DNA from: Candidatus Brocadiia bacterium | GTDB taxonomy: Bacteria > Planctomycetota > Brocadiia > CAIUPP01 | DNA length: 64,000 nucleotides | Assembly (NCBI GenBank): GCA_050015075.1 | Contig: JBEKCB010000003.1 | Span: forward strand, 171,214 to 235,213 | Direction: 5' to 3' | Shown: piece after piece, positions 59,900-64,000 of the stretch | How positions within the stretch are numbered: position 1 is the stretch's first letter | Layout: each line of letters starts with the position of its first letter | The notes under the pieces: generated by a model | What the model was told of the DNA's origin: nothing | The model's database searches: none | What the model saw: only the letters and a program-made list of their open reading frames with translations | Translations under genes and position numbers: made by a program

Positions 59900-59902
59900 G
59901 GC

Positions 59903-60481
59903 TCATTCCTCCTCAGGCGTTTCGGAGATTCGCTTCAAGATTACATCCCAAATTTCTTTCAGCCCCAATTCTTCCGCCCAGTGCGCGACATAAGAGCGAT
60001 CCACCTGTCCCGAGCTTGCCTTCATGATTCCGGCGATATCGCGCAGGTGCTTTTCGGAGCCGCCTTCTTTGTAATAACGCATCTTGCTGATGATGATATC
60101 CTCCGGCGCAGCCACGTATCCTGGAACGCCCGGCATAATTTGAATTCTTTGACGCCGAGCCAACTGTGATTTTCCCCACGGGTCTGAGCGGGCCATCATG
60201 AAATCAATTTTGAATCCCGAGGCGGGATGAATGACGTTGAATTGACGGCGCATACGCGCCGCTTCCCGCGCGGCTTCGCGGCTGACATAGAAGTCGGGCA
60301 TCGGAAATGAGTCGCAGAGCGCGCCAGCCTGGTCTGTGCTCAAGGCAACTACGATGTCAATATCAGCGGTCAACCGATAGTCTCCATAACCGATGGTCGC
60401 AACGGAACCGACCACCATATAGGTGATATCCTTCCCCTCAAGGATCGAAATCACCTGTTTCAGAAGTTCTGTCAGTTCCAC
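59903..60481 (-). CDS. Nucleotidyltransferase-fold protein (putative toxin)
   Basis: YMVVGSVA..YG..RLTADIDIV, PEDIIISK, SEKHLRDI. Confidence 0.82.
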   Translation of the reverse strand: MELTELLKQVISILEGKDITYMVVGSVATIGYGDYRLTADIDIVVALSTDQAGALCDSFPMPDFYVSREAAREAARMRRQFNVIHPASGFKIDFMMARSDPWGKSQLARRQRIQIMPGVPGYVAAPEDIIISKMRYYKEGGSEKHLRDIAGIMKASSGQVDRSYVAHWAEELGLKEIWDVILKRISETPEEE

Positions 60482-60701
60482 GTTTTATCCTCCGTGCGAT
60501 TTCGGTCGCGATTCGTGCATCGTCCCAATCCGGATGGTCTGTCCGCAGACGACCCTCGATCAATGAGTGCGCCAGTCGCTGAAGTTTCGCGGCCATAGCG
60601 ATTCGTTCTGCGAATGTTTTTCGCCGCATGACTGCTGCTACGGCGTCGTCCACAACTTCAATCTGCCCGGCATCTAGTCGCCACTTCATGCGCGCCCTCA
60701 T
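60438..60701 (-). CDS. Small partner protein of the nucleotidyltransferase (putative antitoxin)
   Basis: RRKTFAERI..LRTDHPDWDD..EIARR; overlaps the NTase start. Confidence 0.72.
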   Translation of the reverse strand: MRARMKWRLDAGQIEVVDDAVAAVMRRKTFAERIAMAAKLQRLAHSLIEGRLRTDHPDWDDARIATEIARRIKRGTDRTSETGDFDP

Positions 60702-60816
60702 AGCTTGAACAAGTCGACACCAGATTGTATGTTACGACAAATTAGGTTCGTTTTTTCAAATCGCCTTTTGTGCGCCATCTTCTTCCCCGGCGCCATGTTA
60801 CGACTTCGCGCTCGCA

Positions 60817-60845
60817 AGTATAACATAATATTTCTTATCTGTCAA
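60817..60845 (-). promoter_or_regulatory. Near-consensus sigma70 promoter for the NTase pair
   Basis: Minus strand TTGACA-17 nt-TATACT. Confidence 0.65.
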
Positions 60846-60952
60846 GCGACTTCCTACTCTTTTCGAAATGCTTAGAACGCGCGCCGAGGACGAACCGCAC
60901 ATCGCGGCGAATGTCTTGACCGTCTCTGCGCGAAAAGACTTTCCGCTCAGCT

Positions 60953-61861
60953 TCAGGTTGGCGAATGCGTTCTTGAGCCTTCTTGGAACATGTCGAGATT
61001 GCTCTTTCCAATATTGATCTCTTTGGAGAGTGTCTGCAGGTTTTCCATGACCGTCTCACCGCCTTTGTCCCAGGGCACGATGTGGTCCACTTCGAGGATG
61101 ACCTTAGGGTCTGTGGCTGGCGAACGGCCGGTGATGCGACACTTGAAATTGTCGCGACGCATTACCAGAAATCTCATTCGCCAAGAAACATTCCTCGAAG
61201 TCCTGTGGCGAATGGACGGTGGATCTGTGGCTGGTCGATTAGCGAAACTATCCCTTCCGCTTTCTGACGCGAGTGGACGAGTGTCATTAAGGGAGGCGAC
61301 AAACGCTTCGAGAGCTTTGCGCAACGAGCCGAAGCGTTGGTGGTATGTCGTGTAGCAGAATGACGATAGAGGTGCTGCAAAATCTTTTTGCCTCGGTTGT
61401 CTGCCAAGACGCTCCCAAATACGCTCTATGTTCTCAAGCAATTGATCATCCGTCGCGCGTTCGTGATAGTGTGGCGAAAGCGGGAGGCCCGCGCTCTGGA
61501 GCGCGAGTTTCCACGAACCGAAAGAACGCGTTACCGTAGAGAAGCTGTATTTGCCATGCAAGCGGTAATCTGAGAACGAAACGGTCCCTTTCTGGAGTTT
61601 CGACGAGACGCGCCGAAGGTCCTCAAGCAGGTCCCTTTTTGTGAAATTGCGCCATGTGCCAACTTGAAGTCCGCTTCTCTCAAGTGCAGAGTTCCATGAG
61701 CCGAATCTGTCAATCAAGGTGCCCCCGTTGAATCGCCCTTTCGCTTCATACTCATCTCTGGTTAGCGTTCTCTTGCCAAGCTCCGTTGCAACGCGAAAAA
61801 GATCCTCTAGAAGTGCAGAGTCAGGGCAGTTTCGATTGTCGGGCTCGAGTTCAAATTTCAT
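60953..61861 (-). CDS. HNH endonuclease with three N-terminal homing-endonuclease-associated repeats
   Basis: Three repeats ending RFGSWNSAL / SFGSWKLAL / RFGSLRKAL; RFLVMRRDNFKC..LEVDHIVPWDKGG..ENLQTL..IN; AT-richer than neighbours. Confidence 0.88.
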   Translation of the reverse strand: MKFELEPDNRNCPDSALLEDLFRVATELGKRTLTRDEYEAKGRFNGGTLIDRFGSWNSALERSGLQVGTWRNFTKRDLLEDLRRVSSKLQKGTVSFSDYRLHGKYSFSTVTRSFGSWKLALQSAGLPLSPHYHERATDDQLLENIERIWERLGRQPRQKDFAAPLSSFCYTTYHQRFGSLRKALEAFVASLNDTRPLASESGRDSFANRPATDPPSIRHRTSRNVSWRMRFLVMRRDNFKCRITGRSPATDPKVILEVDHIVPWDKGGETVMENLQTLSKEINIGKSNLDMFQEGSRTHSPT

Positions 61862-61879
61862 TCTTATCTCCAACTTCCC

Positions 61880-64000
61880 TCACCACCTCAGCGGCTTCTG
61901 CCACGCCTCCTTGAGCTCGGCGATGTTTTTCTCGATGATCGTGTCGCCGGTCACGCCGCTGACTCGGAAAATATTTTCGTCCGTCACGCGGCCGAGCGGC
62001 GCAATGGGGACGCCTTGCAGCGCGGCCTCGAACGCGGCGATTTTCTCCGGCGCGACTTCGCAGAGGAAACGGGAGTTGGATTCGCTGAAGAGGATGACGT
62101 CGTCGCGGGCGATCTCCGGCGGGCGTGGGACGGTCAGGGTGTAGAGGTCCATGCCCAGTCCGCCGGCGAAGGCCATCTCGGCGGCGGCGACGGCGATGCC
62201 GCCCTCGGAGCAGTCGTGGCAGGCGCGGACGAGGCCCGAGGCGATGGCGCGCGAGAGCGCCTCGAACGCGGCGCGGCCCTGCTCGGGCCGGACGATCGGC
62301 GCGTGGTTGCCGGTATAGTTCTCCAGCGCGTAGTAGTGCGAGCCGCCCATCTCGTCGTACGTCATGCCGACGACGTAGAGGATGTCGCCGGCCTTCTTCG
62401 CGTCCATGCTGACGACCTTGCGCACGTCGCGGAGGATGCCGACGGCGCTGATGAGCAGCGTGGGCGGGATGGAGATGCTCTCGTCGCCGACGCGGAACTC
62501 GTTGTTGAGGCTGTCCTTGCCGCTGATGAACGGCGTGCCGTACGCCTTGGCCAGGTCGTAGCAGGCCTCCGCGGCGCGGACGAGCGAACCGAGCTGCTGC
62601 GGCTTGTCGGTGTTGCCCCAGCAGAAGTTGTCGAGCAGCGCGATGCGGTCAAGCGTCCCGCCGACGGAGATGATCTGCCGGACCGCCTCGTCAATCGCCG
62701 AGGCGGCCATGGCGTACGGATCAATGTCGCCGTACTTCGGGTTGATGCCGTTCGAGACGGCGACGCCGCGCCGCGAGCCGAGCACCGGCGCGATGACGGC
62801 CGCGTCGCCGGGTCCGTCGTTGGCGACGCCGACGAGCGGCTTGAGCACGCTGGCGCCCTGCACCTCGTGATCGTACTGGCGGATGATCCACTCCTTCGAG
62901 CAGAGGTTCCACGAGCCGAGGATGCACTCCAGCGCCGAGCCGTAGTCCTTCCGCTCCGGCAGCGTCGGCTCGATGAACTGCTGCCGCTGCCAGGTGGCGC
63001 GCCGCGTCAGGCGCGGCACGCCGTGGTGCAGGAACTCCATCTTCAGGTCGCCGACCGGCTGGCCGCGGTAGAACAGCTTCAGCCGCCGGTCGTCCGTGAA
63101 CCGGCCGATGATCGTCGCCTCGACGTCCTCGTCGCGGAAGACCTTGAGGATGGCGGCGCGCTTCCGCGGCGGCACGGCCAGGACCATGCGCTCCTGCGCC
63201 TCGCTGATCCAGATCTCCGAGTAGCTCAGCCCCTGGTACTTGAGCGGCACGCGGTCGAGGTGGACCTCGGCGCCGAGTTCTTCGCCCATCTCGCCGACGG
63301 CGCTGGAGAGGCCGCCGGCGCCGCAGTCGGTGATGCAGGTGTACAGGCCGCGGTCGCGCGCCTGGAGGATGGTGTCGGTCATGCGCTTCTCCTCGATCGC
63401 GTTGCCGATCTGCACCGCGCCGGAGGAGACCGTCTCGGATTCCTCGGTCAGTTCGATGGAGGAGAACGTGGCGCCGTGGATGCCGTCGCGGCCGGTGCGC
63501 CCGCCGACGACGAGGATCCAATCGCCCGGCCGCGCGGCCTTGCGACACTTGTCGCGCGGGATCAGGCCGAGGTTGCCGCAGTAGACGAGCGGGTTGCCGA
63601 CGTAGCGCTCGTCGAAAAGCACCGCGCCGTTGGCCGTGGGGATGCCCATGCGGTTGCCGTAGTCGCGCACGCCGGCGACGACGCCTTTCATCACGCGCTT
63701 CGGGTGAAGCGCGCCGGGCGGCACTTTGTTCGCGGGCAGGTCGGGCGGGCCGAAGCAGAACACGTCGGTGTTGAGGATCGGCTTCGCGCCGAGGCCGGTG
63801 CCGAGCGGGTCGCGGATCACGCCGCCGATGCCGGTGCCCGCGCCGCCGTACGGCTCGATGGCCGACGGATGGTTGTGCGTCTCGACCTTGAAGCAGATGT
63901 TGTTGAGCTCGTCGAACCGGATGACCCCCGCGTTGTCCTTGAACACCGAGACGCACCACGGCCGCTTCAGCTCCGCCGTCGCGCGCATGATCGTCGTCTT
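61880..64000 (-). CDS. purL: Phosphoribosylformylglycinamidine synthase subunit PurL (5' end outside the window)
   Basis: KVETHNHPSAIEPYGGAGTGIGGVIRD, TGRDGIHGATFSS, DCGAGGLSSA, SEAQERM, QYDHEV, ISGKDSL, HDCSEGG. Confidence 0.96.
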   Translation of the reverse strand, partial: KTTIMRATAELKRPWCVSVFKDNAGVIRFDELNNICFKVETHNHPSAIEPYGGAGTGIGGVIRDPLGTGLGAKPILNTDVFCFGPPDLPANKVPPGALHPKRVMKGVVAGVRDYGNRMGIPTANGAVLFDERYVGNPLVYCGNLGLIPRDKCRKAARPGDWILVVGGRTGRDGIHGATFSSIELTEESETVSSGAVQIGNAIEEKRMTDTILQARDRGLYTCITDCGAGGLSSAVGEMGEELGAEVHLDRVPLKYQGLSYSEIWISEAQERMVLAVPPRKRAAILKVFRDEDVEATIIGRFTDDRRLKLFYRGQPVGDLKMEFLHHGVPRLTRRATWQRQQFIEPTLPERKDYGSALECILGSWNLCSKEWIIRQYDHEVQGASVLKPLVGVANDGPGDAAVIAPVLGSRRGVAVSNGINPKYGDIDPYAMAASAIDEAVRQIISVGGTLDRIALLDNFCWGNTDKPQQLGSLVRAAEACYDLAKAYGTPFISGKDSLNNEFRVGDESISIPPTLLISAVGILRDVRKVVSMDAKKAGDILYVVGMTYDEMGGSHYYALENYTGNHAPIVRPEQGRAAFEALSRAIASGLVRACHDCSEGGIAVAAAEMAFAGGLGMDLYTLTVPRPPEIARDDVILFSESNSRFLCEVAPEKIAAFEAALQGVPIAPLGRVTDENIFRVSGVTGDTIIEKNIAELKEAWQKPLRW

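Overview
GC-rich bacterial chromosomal segment, probably from an anaerobic Planctomycetota/PVC-type organism (inference from protein families and repeat style). Housekeeping genes: folD, nadD, larC, rnpB, a stand-alone fusA and the 3' part of purL. It also holds a GT2/GT4/asnB surface-glycan cluster, a 12-gene membrane-bound group 4 [NiFe]-hydrogenase operon with three antiporter-like subunits and a maturation protease, a tetraheme cytochrome c, a Tes/MJ0619-like radical SAM enzyme, a GH2 glycosidase, an S9 peptidase, an ABC-2 exporter and five toxin-antitoxin-type pairs. The most unusual item is an AT-richer three-gene operon at 11383-13537 (TPR-histidine kinase, receiver fused to a DUF5678-like domain, retropepsin-like aspartic protease). 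Intergenic DNA carries several families of palindromic elements: GTAG-REP doublets, covarying double hairpins, and hairpins built from tandem 6-9-nt units. A 125-bp-period duplicated symmetric site lies just after rnpB. No CRISPR array, tRNA, rRNA, transposase or integrase was seen. All family assignments come from motif recognition by eye; no database searches were run.
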